The notes: generated by a model from the letters alone, not told the origin. A DNA stretch of 64,000 bases from Patescibacteria group bacterium (GCA_041662625.1 JBAZSB010000001.1:681385-745384), one strand, 5' to 3'; positions 20,572 to 31,522 are shown, counted from the stretch's first letter. Numbers and translations are program-made.

Positions 20572-21774
20572 TCAGCCAAACATAATCCAACCGGGTTTAA
20601 AAATCAATAAAATTCCTAAAATTAAAATAATAATTCCGCCAAACAAATTCGCCCAGTGGGTATATTTATTGCTGATGCCAAAAGCCTGCAAAGTTGTCAT
20701 CGCCACAATAAAAACAATTAAATCATCAAGCATGTAAAATAGAATGTAAAGTAGAATATAAGCATAGTACTGAATAGTGGGCAGTTTGGCCAAAGACAAA
20801 ATTTGTGTATAAATTGCCGGCAGGCCGGCGGAGCAGACCAGCTCCACCAAATTGACTGTAAAAGCCAAAACTATAATACCTAAAAGCGCCAGCCAAAATG
20901 TTTTTTGCTCGGTGATTTTCCTCAAACGGTCCATCACTTTTTTTCTTTTTTCATCATTAATCGCCCGGCAGGTGGCATTACGGTTAGACCACCACTCTTT
21001 TAAATGATACCCACCGCTTGAAATTGCTACTAGTCCAATGATAATTCTGATGGCGGCGATAAATCCCAAAAATAAAAACAGGTTAAGCCAAGCGGCTAAA
21101 AACAAAAAGTAGATTAGGGCCGAAACAAAAATAAAAACCGAGCCCAAAATCCACATTTTCCTTTTATCCTGCATACCCAAAAGTAAACTAATCAAAAAAA
21201 GCAAAATCCACATGGCACAGGGATTAAAACCATCGATTGCCCCAATTATGATTGTTAAAAACGGCAAAGACCAATTTTGAATATTAACTTCGCCCAAAAA
21301 TGGCAAAGTAAGAGTTTGCGGTGAACCTTTTGGTAAACATTGAGTATTACCTCCACTGACCTGCTGGTTGATAATATCACCGACTAAATCAGCACAACCG
21401 ACAGCCGAATGACTTTCTATAATATTTCTGATTTTTTGGCCAGTTGTTTCATCGTTGAGATAACCAGAAATTGTTTCCTGACCGATGACTGTGAAAGGTA
21501 CACCTGTAATTCTGACATTTAATTCCTTGCTAACTTCCTGCATCAGCTTAACGTTGTCTTGATTATTCCAAACTTCCAGGCGTCTGATATTAAGATTAGA
21601 AAATTCTCTTTCTAGTTTACCCAAAAAGACTTCTTCTTTGGCGCAATGGGGGCAGCCATCACCATAGAATAAAGTCAGATAAACTGGCTGAGGTTCTTGA
21701 GCAGAAACAAAGTTGGGCAGCAAAAAAAGACCGAACAAAAATACAAACGATAATTTTAATAAAAATTTATTCAT
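20572..21774 (-). CDS. Glutaredoxin domain plus DsbD/CcdA-like membrane protein
   Basis: CPHC motif, GVPFT cis-Pro loop, DGFNPCAMW, ELVCSAG. Confidence 0.85.
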   Translation of the reverse strand: MNKFLLKLSFVFLFGLFLLPNFVSAQEPQPVYLTLFYGDGCPHCAKEEVFLGKLEREFSNLNIRRLEVWNNQDNVKLMQEVSKELNVRITGVPFTVIGQETISGYLNDETTGQKIRNIIESHSAVGCADLVGDIINQQVSGGNTQCLPKGSPQTLTLPFLGEVNIQNWSLPFLTIIIGAIDGFNPCAMWILLFLISLLLGMQDKRKMWILGSVFIFVSALIYFLFLAAWLNLFLFLGFIAAIRIIIGLVAISSGGYHLKEWWSNRNATCRAINDEKRKKVMDRLRKITEQKTFWLALLGIIVLAFTVNLVELVCSAGLPAIYTQILSLAKLPTIQYYAYILLYILFYMLDDLIVFIVAMTTLQAFGISNKYTHWANLFGGIIILILGILLIFKPGWIMFG

Positions 21775-21783
21775 GCAATTTAT

Positions 21784-21861
21784 AGAATCAAGAAGCAAGA
21801 ATTAAGAATCACGGGGGTCTAGTTTAGCTTCCTTAATTCATGATTCTTGATTCATGATTCT
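21784..21861. repeat. Inverted heptamer-repeat hairpin (AGAATCA)n/(TGATTCT)n
   Basis: Four units on each side of a 22-bp loop. Confidence 0.75.
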
Positions 21862-22130
21862 TATTTATCTTTATTTTCCTCCAAGAATTTAATCAAATCC
21901 TTCCGATCAATCTCTCCTTGCTTACGGGCAAATTCATTGCCATCTTGGTCTAAAAAAATAAAAACTGGAATATCGCGGCCAATATTATATTTTTCTACCA
22001 TCTCTTTATCCTGATCATAATCATAATACTGGGTCTTTAGCCAAGGCAATTCTGCTTCAATTTTTTGCCAGCGCGGCCTCATGATAATACAGCCAGGACA
22101 CCAAACCGCGCCAAATTTCAAAACTTTCAT
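21861..22130 (-). CDS. Thioredoxin family protein
   Basis: WCPGC motif, IPVFIF. Confidence 0.85.
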   Translation of the reverse strand: MKVLKFGAVWCPGCIIMRPRWQKIEAELPWLKTQYYDYDQDKEMVEKYNIGRDIPVFIFLDQDGNEFARKQGEIDRKDLIKFLEENKDK

Positions 22131-22131
22131 G

Positions 22132-23148
22132 CTAAATATTGAAATTAGTTATTAAACCCCTGGTTAAAAAACTCCACCAAGGCTTCTTAAATGATAAAAT
22201 TTTACCATCATCACCGCTGATTTCTACTTCAGTTTTAACTTGAATCGGAATAAAACCTAAAAATTTAGCTTGTTGGTTTAATTCTAAACTATAAACTGGT
22301 TTTTCTTTATCCAGGTTTAAAGAAACTTTTTCAACCACAACTTTACTTGAAACCGAAACAATTGAAACAGCTTGCTCCGGTTTTACACCGACTTCAACGG
22401 CTAAATCAGTAGCAATATCTTTTATTATTAACTTATCCTCTTCAACAATAAGAGGTGATTTGGTTTCAATTTCCAATTCCGATATCGCCTCTTTTTGACT
22501 TTCAACTAAAGCGGTGGGGACGGAAGGGATATATTTATAAAATTTAACTTCGCCTTCTTCAATATTAACATTGATTGGTGAAAGCTCCATTTTTATTGTC
22601 GGTGCTTCTGCCATTATTGAAGTGGTGGCTATTTCCACCCCAGCTGGTAAAATCAGCTTTGGCTCTATTTGAGGCCCTGTCGGCTGCGCGATTGAAGATG
22701 GAGTAATTTTTACTGGTGTTTCTTCTTCCCCTGCCGGAGCAGCTGAATCTTCTAATTCAACAATTGGATTAATACAGCCATTATCCAAACAATTTTTAAT
22801 CTTTGCTTCAATTTCTTTGCCGCTGATTTCATCTGTACTATAACCAGTAACTACTGATTCGCCAATAAAAGTAATTGGCACACCATTGGCACTTATACCA
22901 TAAGCTTGGGCTAATTGATTGAATAATGCAACATTTTCCTGGTCAGTCCAAACCTCATAACTTTTGACGGTTAATTCAGGATATTTGGTAACTAAAGTAG
23001 CCAAAAATGGTTTTTCCGCGGCGCAATGAGAACAGCCGGAGTTATAAAAGAAATAGATTGTCGTTGGGTGGGCAGCCAAAACAATAGCGGGTAATAAAAA
23101 AATACTAAAAAAGGCGAAAAAAAATAATCTCAAAAACGAATTTTTCAT
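22132..23148 (-). CDS. Exported thioredoxin-fold protein with PepSY-like C-terminus
   Basis: Signal peptide, CSHC, GVPIT; tail KFLGFIP...KKPWWSFL. Confidence 0.7.
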   Translation of the reverse strand: MKNSFLRLFFFAFFSIFLLPAIVLAAHPTTIYFFYNSGCSHCAAEKPFLATLVTKYPELTVKSYEVWTDQENVALFNQLAQAYGISANGVPITFIGESVVTGYSTDEISGKEIEAKIKNCLDNGCINPIVELEDSAAPAGEEETPVKITPSSIAQPTGPQIEPKLILPAGVEIATTSIMAEAPTIKMELSPINVNIEEGEVKFYKYIPSVPTALVESQKEAISELEIETKSPLIVEEDKLIIKDIATDLAVEVGVKPEQAVSIVSVSSKVVVEKVSLNLDKEKPVYSLELNQQAKFLGFIPIQVKTEVEISGDDGKILSFKKPWWSFLTRGLITNFNI

Positions 23149-23225
23149 AACTGCCAAAAATTATAATTAACCTAAGTAAAAACTGAACTTAATAATAACG
23201 CAAAAACTAATTTTTGTCCAGTCAA

Positions 23226-25376
23226 TTAAAGTTTTTTCCTTTTAAGCAAAAGTGAATTACCAACCACAAAAACATCACTTAGCCCCATAGCTGCCGCCGC
23301 TATCATCGGATTTAAAAAACCCATAGCGGCCAATGGGATGGCACAAATATTGTAAAAAAATGCCCAGAATAAATTCTGTTTAATCGTGATAAACGTTTTT
23401 TTAGCCAACATAATAGCCTCAACTGCTTTTAACGGATTGCCAGACATCAACACAATATTGCCAGCCTCAATCGCCACTTCAGTTCCGGTACCAATGGCAA
23501 TTCCTAAATCCGCTTGAGCTAAAGCTGGCGCATCATTAATGCCATCACCAACAAATGCAACAGTTTTGCCTAAGGCTTGCAAACTTTTTACTTCCCTAGC
23601 TTTATCATTAGGCAAAACTTCGGCAATTACTTTTTTAATGCCCAGTTGACTGGCAATATAGTCAGCCGTTTTTTGGTTGTCGCCCGAAATCATAACTGAT
23701 TCAATTCCGGTTTGGCTCAAAATTTCAATTGCTTTTTTTGCTTCGGGCCGCAACGTATCAGCGACAGCGATTAAACCGGCTAACTTGCCATCAACTAAAA
23801 CTAAAACTACGGTTTTACCCTGACTTTCTAATTCTTTAGCCGGCAAACCATTAGTTTGATTAATAAATTTTGAACTGCCAATTACCACTTTTTTACCATT
23901 AACTTCTGTTTCTAATCCCAAACCGGAAATCGCTTTAAAATTTTTAGCCGCATCTAGTTCCAAATTTTCTTCTTTGGCTTTTTTGACAATAGCCTTAGCG
24001 ATCGGATGCTCGGAACTGGATTCTGCCGACGCTGCAATTTGTAGTAATTCTGATTTCTGAGTTCTGAGCTCTGATTTCTGATTAACTATTATGTCCGTCA
24101 CCGCCGGCTCCCCTTTCGTCAATGTACCCGTTTTATCAAAAACGACAGTATCAATCTGCTTGGCTTTTTCCAAAAATTCCCCGCCTTTAATTAAAATCCC
24201 TCGCTGGGCTCCCCGGCCGGTTCCAACCATAATCGCAGTTGGCGTGGCAATGCCTAAGGCACAAGGACAGGAAATAATTAAAACTGCCACCATATTAATT
24301 AGTGACTGAGCCACTGGTGCACCCAGTACAAAATGCCAAATTATAAAAGTCAAAGCGGCCAGTAATAAAACGACCGGCACAAAAATACCGGAGATTTGAT
24401 CGGCTAAGCGCTGAACCGGTGCTTTGGTATTTTGGGCATTCTCAACCATTCTAATTATCTGGGATAAAATTGTATATTGGCCAATCTTAGTCACTTTAAC
24501 CTTGATCGCGCCTTGCTGATTTAGCGTCGCGCCATAAACATTGTTGCCCACTATTTTATCAACTGGCAGGCTCTCACCGGTTAGCATCGATTCATCAACC
24601 GTGGTTTGGCCTTCAATAATTTCTCCATCCAATGGAATTTTCTCACCGGGTTTGACTAGTAGAATATCGCCAAATTTTACTGAATCAATACTTACCTCCC
24701 TTTGGCCATTTTCATCAATAATTCTGGCTTGCCGGACGCCCAAATGCATTAATTTTTCAATTGCCTGCGAAGTCCGGCCCGTACTCAAAGCTTCTAAGTA
24801 ATGGCCCAATAAAATAATGGCGATAATCGTTGAGGCGCTTTCAAAATAAGTTTGGCCGCCGTTGAAAACTGCCCAGAGGCTATAAAAGTAAGCGGCCAAA
24901 GTTCCCAAAGAAATCAAAGAATCCATATCCGCCTTGAATCTTAAACTTTGCCGAATCATGCCTTGATGAAATTCCAAACCCGGGCCAAATAAAGAAATGG
25001 TAGTTAAAATCATTAAAATCCATTGCCAACTGCCAATCCCTAAAAAGCTGCCGGGCAATTCGACCATAACAAACATGGAGATTAAACCGGGGATGGCTAA
25101 AATCGCGGCAATGACAAAAATATTTAAACCATGCTTTAAATGATTTTTTTGCTGATGGCTTTGATACTCATCAACTATTTGGTAACCATTATTAATAATC
25201 GCCTTTTTCAGCTGATCAATAGTGGTTTGGTTTCCGTCATAGTCAATAATCGCCTGCGATTTGATATAATTAACCACTGCCTTGCTAACCCCGGGAATTT
25301 TTTGCAAAACTTTTTCATTGCTGACTGCACAAGAGGCACAATGCATGCCGGCAATATTTAATTTGATTTGTTTCAT
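23226..25376 (-). CDS. copA: Copper-translocating P1B-type ATPase
   Basis: [38 protein letters not shown]. Confidence 0.95.
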   Translation of the reverse strand: MKQIKLNIAGMHCASCAVSNEKVLQKIPGVSKAVVNYIKSQAIIDYDGNQTTIDQLKKAIINNGYQIVDEYQSHQQKNHLKHGLNIFVIAAILAIPGLISMFVMVELPGSFLGIGSWQWILMILTTISLFGPGLEFHQGMIRQSLRFKADMDSLISLGTLAAYFYSLWAVFNGGQTYFESASTIIAIILLGHYLEALSTGRTSQAIEKLMHLGVRQARIIDENGQREVSIDSVKFGDILLVKPGEKIPLDGEIIEGQTTVDESMLTGESLPVDKIVGNNVYGATLNQQGAIKVKVTKIGQYTILSQIIRMVENAQNTKAPVQRLADQISGIFVPVVLLLAALTFIIWHFVLGAPVAQSLINMVAVLIISCPCALGIATPTAIMVGTGRGAQRGILIKGGEFLEKAKQIDTVVFDKTGTLTKGEPAVTDIIVNQKSELRTQKSELLQIAASAESSSEHPIAKAIVKKAKEENLELDAAKNFKAISGLGLETEVNGKKVVIGSSKFINQTNGLPAKELESQGKTVVLVLVDGKLAGLIAVADTLRPEAKKAIEILSQTGIESVMISGDNQKTADYIASQLGIKKVIAEVLPNDKAREVKSLQALGKTVAFVGDGINDAPALAQADLGIAIGTGTEVAIEAGNIVLMSGNPLKAVEAIMLAKKTFITIKQNLFWAFFYNICAIPLAAMGFLNPMIAAAAMGLSDVFVVGNSLLLKRKKL

Positions 25377-25446
25377 ATGTTTAAATATTCGTAGATTTGT
25401 AGATTCGCATCGTCATTCGCAGATTAGTATTAAACACACAACCTCT

Positions 25447-26808
25447 CTACTGAACCACAAACTTCCCCCACACCATTTGCATGCCGCAGGAAAATGGAAT
25501 CTCTCCGGTTTGCGTCGGCGTAAATTCAATGATATTTTCTCCCATCTGTAACTGCCGGGAAATATTATACCCGCCATGTAGAACGATACTACTGGTACAG
25601 CCAGAGAGTTGTTTAACATTAATAACCCAGCGAACCGGTATCCCTTTTTTAACCGGCAAAACATTTGGGTCATAACCACCATAAGTTAAATACATATTGA
25701 CGACCTGATAATTACCGGGATTATTACTTTGCTTCTGATTAATCATTGTTCCATGACCAAAACTAACACCCCAGCCAAAGTTGGTTAAGCCACGGTTAAT
25801 CATCACCAAGGCCAAAAGGCCAACCACCACTGCGGAAATTTTTATTATTTTTTTCATATAACTTTTGGATAAATAAGAAATAAAAGCGCCAAAGCCAAAC
25901 ATTAAAGGAATCGTACCTAAAGCGTAAACGGCTAAACTCAAGGCGCCGCGGGTGACACTGCCAGTGCCTAAAGCATAAAGCTGCATAGCTTGTAACGGCC
26001 CACAGGGCATCAGACCAGTTAATAAACCAATAACTAACGGCCCTTTGGGATTTTTACTGTACTTTTGCCCATATAAAAACTTAGCAATAAATGCCGGCGT
26101 TCTTAAACTTAATTTTTCTAGCATTTTAAAATTAGTAAAAAGTGAGACAGCCATTAAAATCATAAAAACCCCAGCTAAAAGCATCAGGCCGCCGGAAAAA
26201 TAAGGGTTGATCGCAAAAAATGAACCAATCCCGCCTAATATTCCACCAACAATAGTATAGGAAATTAACCGGCCGAAATTATATTGTAAATGCGGAATTG
26301 ATAAGCGTAATTTTTTTTCCCCACTGGCCGCTAATCCGGCTGAATAGGTTACCACTAGTCCCCCACACATACCAATACAGTGAAAGCTGGCTAAAATGCC
26401 GATAACAAATAACAAGCCATAACTTAAGTTTGACTCATTCAATCTGGCTAAAATTGCTAAAGCGCCTGTTTTAGTAACAAAAAAATAACCGACGGTCAAA
26501 CCAATTATAATTAATGGGATTAGCATACCCATTAAGAAATTCTTTAGGCCTGCCTGCTGTCCAGCTGAATTTACTGAACTCGCTGAACTCGCTGCATTTA
26601 CTGAATAATCAAAACTTTCGATTTTATCTTTGATGGCCTGAAATGAAATCTGATTCTGGTCGAACTCAACAAAACAATTGCCAGTTTGATAATTGACTTC
26701 AATTTTATTTACCCCTTTTAAAACATCAACTTCCGTTTCCAGCAAAGTCTTGCAGCTTTTACAATGCAACCCTTTGACCTGAAATTTTATTTTTTTTAGA
26801 TCAAGCAT
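25447..26808 (-). CDS. HMA + DsbD_2/TauE-like membrane + cupredoxin-like protein
   Basis: GLHCKSC, HCIGMCGG, GLMPCGPLQ, C-terminal FSCGMQM. Start taken at MLDLKK. Confidence 0.88.
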   Translation of the reverse strand: MLDLKKIKFQVKGLHCKSCKTLLETEVDVLKGVNKIEVNYQTGNCFVEFDQNQISFQAIKDKIESFDYSVNAASSASSVNSAGQQAGLKNFLMGMLIPLIIIGLTVGYFFVTKTGALAILARLNESNLSYGLLFVIGILASFHCIGMCGGLVVTYSAGLAASGEKKLRLSIPHLQYNFGRLISYTIVGGILGGIGSFFAINPYFSGGLMLLAGVFMILMAVSLFTNFKMLEKLSLRTPAFIAKFLYGQKYSKNPKGPLVIGLLTGLMPCGPLQAMQLYALGTGSVTRGALSLAVYALGTIPLMFGFGAFISYLSKSYMKKIIKISAVVVGLLALVMINRGLTNFGWGVSFGHGTMINQKQSNNPGNYQVVNMYLTYGGYDPNVLPVKKGIPVRWVINVKQLSGCTSSIVLHGGYNISRQLQMGENIIEFTPTQTGEIPFSCGMQMVWGKFVVQ

Positions 26809-26809
26809 A

Positions 26810-27076
26810 TTATTTGTTATGCATCTTCTCCAAATGTAGGATTTCTTCAATCATCTCTTTTTTTCGGCCTTCATTACTCCCCTTCATCGCATTAGTAAAA
26901 CAAGTCTTCAGATGCCCTTCCAAAAGCATATTGTTCACCGATTTTAAAAGCCCAATCACCGCTAAATTCTGCTGCATGATATCAACACAATATTCTTTAG
27001 TCTCCACCATTTTAATGACCTTGGCTAAGTGACTTTGAGCTTTTTTTAAGTTAATTAAGGTTTTTTCTTGTTCCAT
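26810..27076 (-). CDS. csoR: Copper-sensing repressor CsoR family
   Basis: YCVDIMQQ...LEGHLKTC (C-H-C ligands), first gene of copper operon. Confidence 0.88.
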   Translation of the reverse strand: MEQEKTLINLKKAQSHLAKVIKMVETKEYCVDIMQQNLAVIGLLKSVNNMLLEGHLKTCFTNAMKGSNEGRKKEMIEEILHLEKMHNK

Positions 27077-27102
27077 AGAATTTTAGAATTAATGATTTAT
27101 TA

Positions 27103-27127
27103 ATACCTATACCCCAGGTATAGGTAT
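27103..27127. promoter_or_regulatory. Putative CsoR operator
   Basis: Perfect 11-bp inverted repeat ATACCTATACC-cca-GGTATAGGTAT directly upstream of csoR. Confidence 0.8.
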
Positions 27128-27178
27128 GTTAGCAGTTAAAAAAATAAGTGTCAAGTATCCCCTAGCTAAACTGACAGA

Positions 27179-27994
27179 CTAGGAATTTAGACACCATTTA
27201 ATAGTCTTAGGGATTTCCTCAGCTAAATCAGAAGCATTATAATAAAAAGAAACTTTTTTATACAATTGATCGCCAGCTAAACCATTAATAAAGGTACCAG
27301 CGGAAGCGGCTAAAAATAATTCGTTTTTTGCTGCCAGACCCGTAATCAAACCAGCTAAAACATCCCCTGTCCCCCCTTTAGTCATACCGGCATTACCGGT
27401 TTTATTAATTTTAAATTTGTTGCCCCAAGCAATGAGATCAAGTTGCCCTTTCAAAACAATCACGCAGTGGTATTTTTTAGCCATTTGACTGACAGCAGCT
27501 TTAGTCGCTTTTAGGCCAAAGAGTTGTTTAAACTCTTGGTGGTGAGGCGTGATGATACAATTTTGGTTTAATAATTTCTTATCAACGACTTTCAAAGCGT
27601 CGGCATCTAAAACAAACTTTTTATTTTTAAACCTTTTTAATAAACTATTGGTTAATCTTTTGGTTTCTTGGCTAATTCCTAAACCAGGACCAATTAAAAT
27701 TGCGTCAACTTTCCCGGCCACTTTACCGATTTCCGACCGGGGAACAACAATAAAATCAGATAGTTGGCTTTTTAGCTTTTTGATTATCTCGTTATTTTCC
27801 AAAACGGAAGAAAAATAAACTAAATCAACAATTCGGCTAGCGGTTTTGGCAGCAAGAATCGGCGCTCCATGAAATTTTTCTGAGCCGCCAATAATTATAA
27901 TGGCGCCATTATCACCCTTATGCGACTTTTTGTTAGGCCGAAACAAGGCCTTAACTTCTCTGACACCGGTTTTTTGTTGGTTTAGTTCTGACAT
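27179..27994 (-). CDS. nnrD: ADP-dependent NAD(P)H-hydrate dehydratase
   Basis: SHKGDNG, IGPGLG, VLDADAL, ITPH, GGTGDVLAG. Confidence 0.9.
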   Translation of the reverse strand: MSELNQQKTGVREVKALFRPNKKSHKGDNGAIIIIGGSEKFHGAPILAAKTASRIVDLVYFSSVLENNEIIKKLKSQLSDFIVVPRSEIGKVAGKVDAILIGPGLGISQETKRLTNSLLKRFKNKKFVLDADALKVVDKKLLNQNCIITPHHQEFKQLFGLKATKAAVSQMAKKYHCVIVLKGQLDLIAWGNKFKINKTGNAGMTKGGTGDVLAGLITGLAAKNELFLAASAGTFINGLAGDQLYKKVSFYYNASDLAEEIPKTIKWCLNS

Positions 27995-28194
27995 AACAAT
28001 TAAATTCTAAGCTTTTACTATCTGATAGTCAAACAAAAAACAAGTTAGACCAAAGAAATTACCAAAATATTATTGACATTCATTTCGGTTAATGGTAAGG
28101 TAAGCTGTGATTTTGCAATGACACAACTTCTGAGGCTATAAGCCTCTCTAACCGACGAGTAGATCGTCAATGTTCTTTAAGGAGGTGAATCCAA

Positions 28195-28458
28195 GTGGAC
28201 AGTAATAGTCAAAAGTGGCAACTGACAGTGAAGAGTTGGGGGGAAGGTCATAAAGGTGACGACTGCGACATAACCGCGGAAGTGACTTCTGGTAGTTTGT
28301 CAGTCGACGGCCAGCCAGCGACTTTGAGTCGGAGTGCTAATGGTAAAGGCGTAGTTTTGAACCTTACCCGAAACCGATTCTTCGTCTTCGATCCTTCCGA
28401 TCAAGGCGACGTCAGCATTAAACAGGCACTTGCCCAGGCCTGTAGGCTTACCCTCTGA
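28195..28458 (+). CDS. Hypothetical protein
   Basis: AAGGAGGTG SD before GTG; TTGACA-17-TAAGGT promoter near 28074. Confidence 0.6.
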   Translation: MDSNSQKWQLTVKSWGEGHKGDDCDITAEVTSGSLSVDGQPATLSRSANGKGVVLNLTRNRFFVFDPSDQGDVSIKQALAQACRLTL

Positions 28459-28521
28459 CAATCTGAAACTCCGCCCAAAATCCACTCATGGCAGTTGGAC
28501 CAGTTCTACTGGTCTCTTTTT

Positions 28522-30048
28522 TTACTCAACCTTTGGCCGATACTGCAATGCTTCGGCAACGTGATCAAGCTTAATATCTTCTATCCCATTCAAATCAGCG
28601 ATGGTCCGGGCCAGTTTCAGGATTCGAAAATAGGACCGGGCGGAAAGCCCCAACTGATTTACGGCTTGTCTTAATAATTCCAAAGTTTTATCATCCACCG
28701 GACAAAACGTTTTAGTTTGCCGCGAAGACATTTCCGAGTTGGTAATAATACTTAAATCCTGAAAACGCTTCAGCTGAATTTGCCGCGCCCCCTCCACTCT
28801 TTGCCGAATTACAATTGAAGTTTCTGCTGAATCTTGCTCAGTCAACTTTTCAAATTTTACTTTTGGCACCTCAACGTGCAAATCAATCCGATCCAAAAGT
28901 GGACCGGAAATCTTTTTTTGATAATGAATGATTTGATTGGGTAAACAGGTACAGTTGCGGTCCGGATCATTTAAATAACCGCAGGGGCAAGGATTCATTG
29001 CCGCTACCAAAATAAACTTGGCCGGAAACTGAAGTGTTCCCGAAGCCCGCGAGACCGAGATGACTCCGTCTTCTAAAGGCTGGCGTAAATTTTCTAAAAC
29101 CCCACGCGGAAATTCTGCAAACTCATCCAAAAATAAAATACCACGGTGAGCCAAAGAAATTTCCCCTGGCTTAGGCCAGGTGCCGCCGCCAACTAAGGCC
29201 ACACCCGAAGCCGTGTGGTGGGGTGAACGAAAAGGCCGCCAGGTAATTAAAGGTTGGTCAGAGGGTAATGAACCAGCGACGCTATAAATCCGAGTTACTT
29301 CCAAAGATTCCACTAAAGCCATTGGCGGCAAAATAGTGACCATGGTTTTGGCCAGTAATGTTTTACCTGCTCCCGGCACACCACAAAGAAGAACATTATG
29401 ACCACCAGCCGCCGCAATTTCCAAAGCCCGTTTGACCTGCTGCTGGCCTTTGATATAACTCATATCGTAATCATTATTCAAAAGATCATGGCTGGCTAAA
29501 ATCGTAGGATCAGGCTGAAAATGATTAATTAACCCTTTACCGGATAAATGATTAACTAATTCTAACAAATTTTGGCAGGCAAAAATTTCAATTCCCGAGA
29601 CTAAACCGGCTTCAGCGGCGTTAGCTAAGGGCAAATAGATAGTTTTGATTCCTTTATTTTTTGCCTCAAGACAAATTGATAAAACGCCGTTAACCGGCCG
29701 CAGCTCACCATCCAAAGCCAGCTCACCAATAAATAATTGGTTGTCCCAGGCAGTTTTCATTAACAATTGCTTGGTCGTTAAAAGAATGCTGATGGCAATC
29801 GGCAAATCATAGGCTGGGCCTTCTTTTTTTAAATCAGCCGGCGCCAGATTAACCGTGATTCGCCCCCGCGGCATTTCAAAGCCGGAATTTTTGATTGCCG
29901 ACCTAACTCTTTCTTTGGATTCATCAACGGATTTATCTGGTAAGCCAACAATAAAAAATTTCGCATTTGACCAAGAGGTATCGGCTTCAACCTCGACTAA
30001 TTCACAATCAAGGCCGAGCACAGCGGCAGATAGGACTTTTTTGGACAT
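28522..30048 (-). CDS. comM: YifB/ComM Mg-chelatase-like AAA+ ATPase
   Basis: IVGLPD, NLAPADLKKEG, AAAGGHN..GVPGAGKT, AAMNPCPCG, SGPLLDRID. Confidence 0.93.
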   Translation of the reverse strand: MSKKVLSAAVLGLDCELVEVEADTSWSNAKFFIVGLPDKSVDESKERVRSAIKNSGFEMPRGRITVNLAPADLKKEGPAYDLPIAISILLTTKQLLMKTAWDNQLFIGELALDGELRPVNGVLSICLEAKNKGIKTIYLPLANAAEAGLVSGIEIFACQNLLELVNHLSGKGLINHFQPDPTILASHDLLNNDYDMSYIKGQQQVKRALEIAAAGGHNVLLCGVPGAGKTLLAKTMVTILPPMALVESLEVTRIYSVAGSLPSDQPLITWRPFRSPHHTASGVALVGGGTWPKPGEISLAHRGILFLDEFAEFPRGVLENLRQPLEDGVISVSRASGTLQFPAKFILVAAMNPCPCGYLNDPDRNCTCLPNQIIHYQKKISGPLLDRIDLHVEVPKVKFEKLTEQDSAETSIVIRQRVEGARQIQLKRFQDLSIITNSEMSSRQTKTFCPVDDKTLELLRQAVNQLGLSARSYFRILKLARTIADLNGIEDIKLDHVAEALQYRPKVE

Positions 30049-30049
30049 A

Positions 30050-30493
30050 GAATAGATAAGAAATTAAAAAAATAAAAAATTAAGAAATTAAATTTGCTTA
30101 GATATACTTTTCTCTAAGTTTGAAATTTCGGTCCAAAGCATTGCCCCAATTTGCTTTGCTAATTCTAATCCTTGATTATACCTTTCCTGACTTAAAAATC
30201 CTTCTTCCTTAAAAAAGTCCAAAAGATAATCTGATTCCATTAATGAGCCATAAGAAATTTCAAGAAAGTTTAATCTAATTAATGGTTTTTTACGAGCGTA
30301 ACCTTCAATATAGTTTAAAATTATTGATAAGGTACAGCGCCGCCATTGTGAAGTACCACCATACATTTCTTGCTTGGGAAAATCTTTAGTCTGTTTGTAG
30401 ACGAAGTGAATGTATTCATCCATCTTTTTCTTTAATTGATTTTGATAATTATTCATATTTTAATTTCTTATTTTCTTAATTTCTTAATTTTTT
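30050..30493. repeat. Inverted octamer arrays (AAGAAATT)n/(AATTTCTT)n flanking the four-helix-bundle gene
   Basis: 30058-30092 aagaaattaaaaaaataaaaaattaagaaattaa; 30459-30492 tttaatttcttattttcttaatttcttaatttttt. Confidence 0.75.
30088..30456 (-). CDS. Four-helix-bundle protein (23S IVS protein/TIGR02436-like)
   Basis: FPKQEMYGGTSQWRRCTLSIILNYIEG...FLEISYGSLME matches the FPxxExYGLTSQxRRAxxSIxxNIAEG family signature. Confidence 0.88.
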   Translation of the reverse strand: MNNYQNQLKKKMDEYIHFVYKQTKDFPKQEMYGGTSQWRRCTLSIILNYIEGYARKKPLIRLNFLEISYGSLMESDYLLDFFKEEGFLSQERYNQGLELAKQIGAMLWTEISNLEKSISKQI

Positions 30494-30663
30494 ATACATA
30501 AAAATAGCCCATTTCTGCGCTATATTGACTGATCTAATTGTCCTTTCTATCTTATTATATTTCCCAAAATTTGTCTAGCTGACCATTGACTCACCATAGT
30601 TAGTATAATAAGATGTAATTACTGAGCAAAACTGGTTTTGTTCATGACATGAGGAGATCCAGC

Positions 30664-30909
30664 ATGGATGCACAAGTAGCAACCGGCTCACCAGAAGTTT
30701 TGGTGATCACACCGCAACGGGAATGCCCCCATTGCCAAAAACCGACGATCGAAAGCAGCTTCCTCAACTTCCAATGCCCTATCTGCACCGGGGAATTCTG
30801 CTCGCGTTGTTTTGTGGCAATCCCAAGTGCGGAAACAAACCCAAATGGCAAACTCATCCAGTGTCCACATTGCGAAGCCACGCTGCTGTTGCCACCCCGG
30901 ACACGCTAG
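30664..30909 (+). CDS. Small zinc-ribbon protein
   Basis: Four CxxC pairs; GAGGAG SD before ATG 30664. Confidence 0.6.
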   Translation: MDAQVATGSPEVLVITPQRECPHCQKPTIESSFLNFQCPICTGEFCSRCFVAIPSAETNPNGKLIQCPHCEATLLLPPRTR

Positions 30910-30949
30910 GAGGGGAAAGGATTGTTTACAGTCGTTCCTTGGAAAACGC

Positions 30950-31441
30950 TTACAGCGTTTGGCTAGCTCCATCGCTAGTCTTTTTCTTTTTTAAAAAACC
31001 TAAAACTAAAATTCCAACGCCAAAAGTAATCAGGCAATCCGCTAAATTAAAAACCGTGAACCAGGGCGCATCAATATAATCAATTACAAAACCAAAGCGT
31101 AAGCGGTCAATTAAATTAGAAATGGCACCAACAATAATCAGAGTTAAAGTAAAAACCTCCAAGAACTTCTGCTGACGATAAGCTTTAAGTAAAAAACTGA
31201 CTAAAATAAAAATAACAAGAATAGTTAAGATTAAAAGCAACCAATAGTTGAACGGAACACCAAAAGCAATACCAGAATTTCTTGCCAACTGAAAAGAAAA
31301 TAAACCAGAAAAAAAATCACCACCAAGTATTTTGGCGGGATTTTTTAAAAAGTAAAGTTTTAATATCCGGTCAACAATAAATAGAATTAACCCTAATAAA
31401 TTGACGGCAATATATTTTTTTAAATTTAATATTTGTGCCAT
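30950..31441 (-). CDS. lspA: Lipoprotein signal peptidase
   Basis: NSGIAFG, GAISNLIDRL..GFVIDYI, VFNLAD. Confidence 0.95.
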   Translation of the reverse strand: MAQILNLKKYIAVNLLGLILFIVDRILKLYFLKNPAKILGGDFFSGLFSFQLARNSGIAFGVPFNYWLLLILTILVIFILVSFLLKAYRQQKFLEVFTLTLIIVGAISNLIDRLRFGFVIDYIDAPWFTVFNLADCLITFGVGILVLGFLKKKKTSDGASQTL

Positions 31442-31522
31442 TCGTATATCCCGATTCCTAAATTTATTTATAAATATCATCGGGATCCCGACTGAACGAA
31501 GCTAAACATCGGGACATTCGCA

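Noticed and set aside
30088-30456. Diversity-generating retroelement (Avd-like fold)
   Set aside because: No reverse transcriptase or TR/VR pair was seen in the window.
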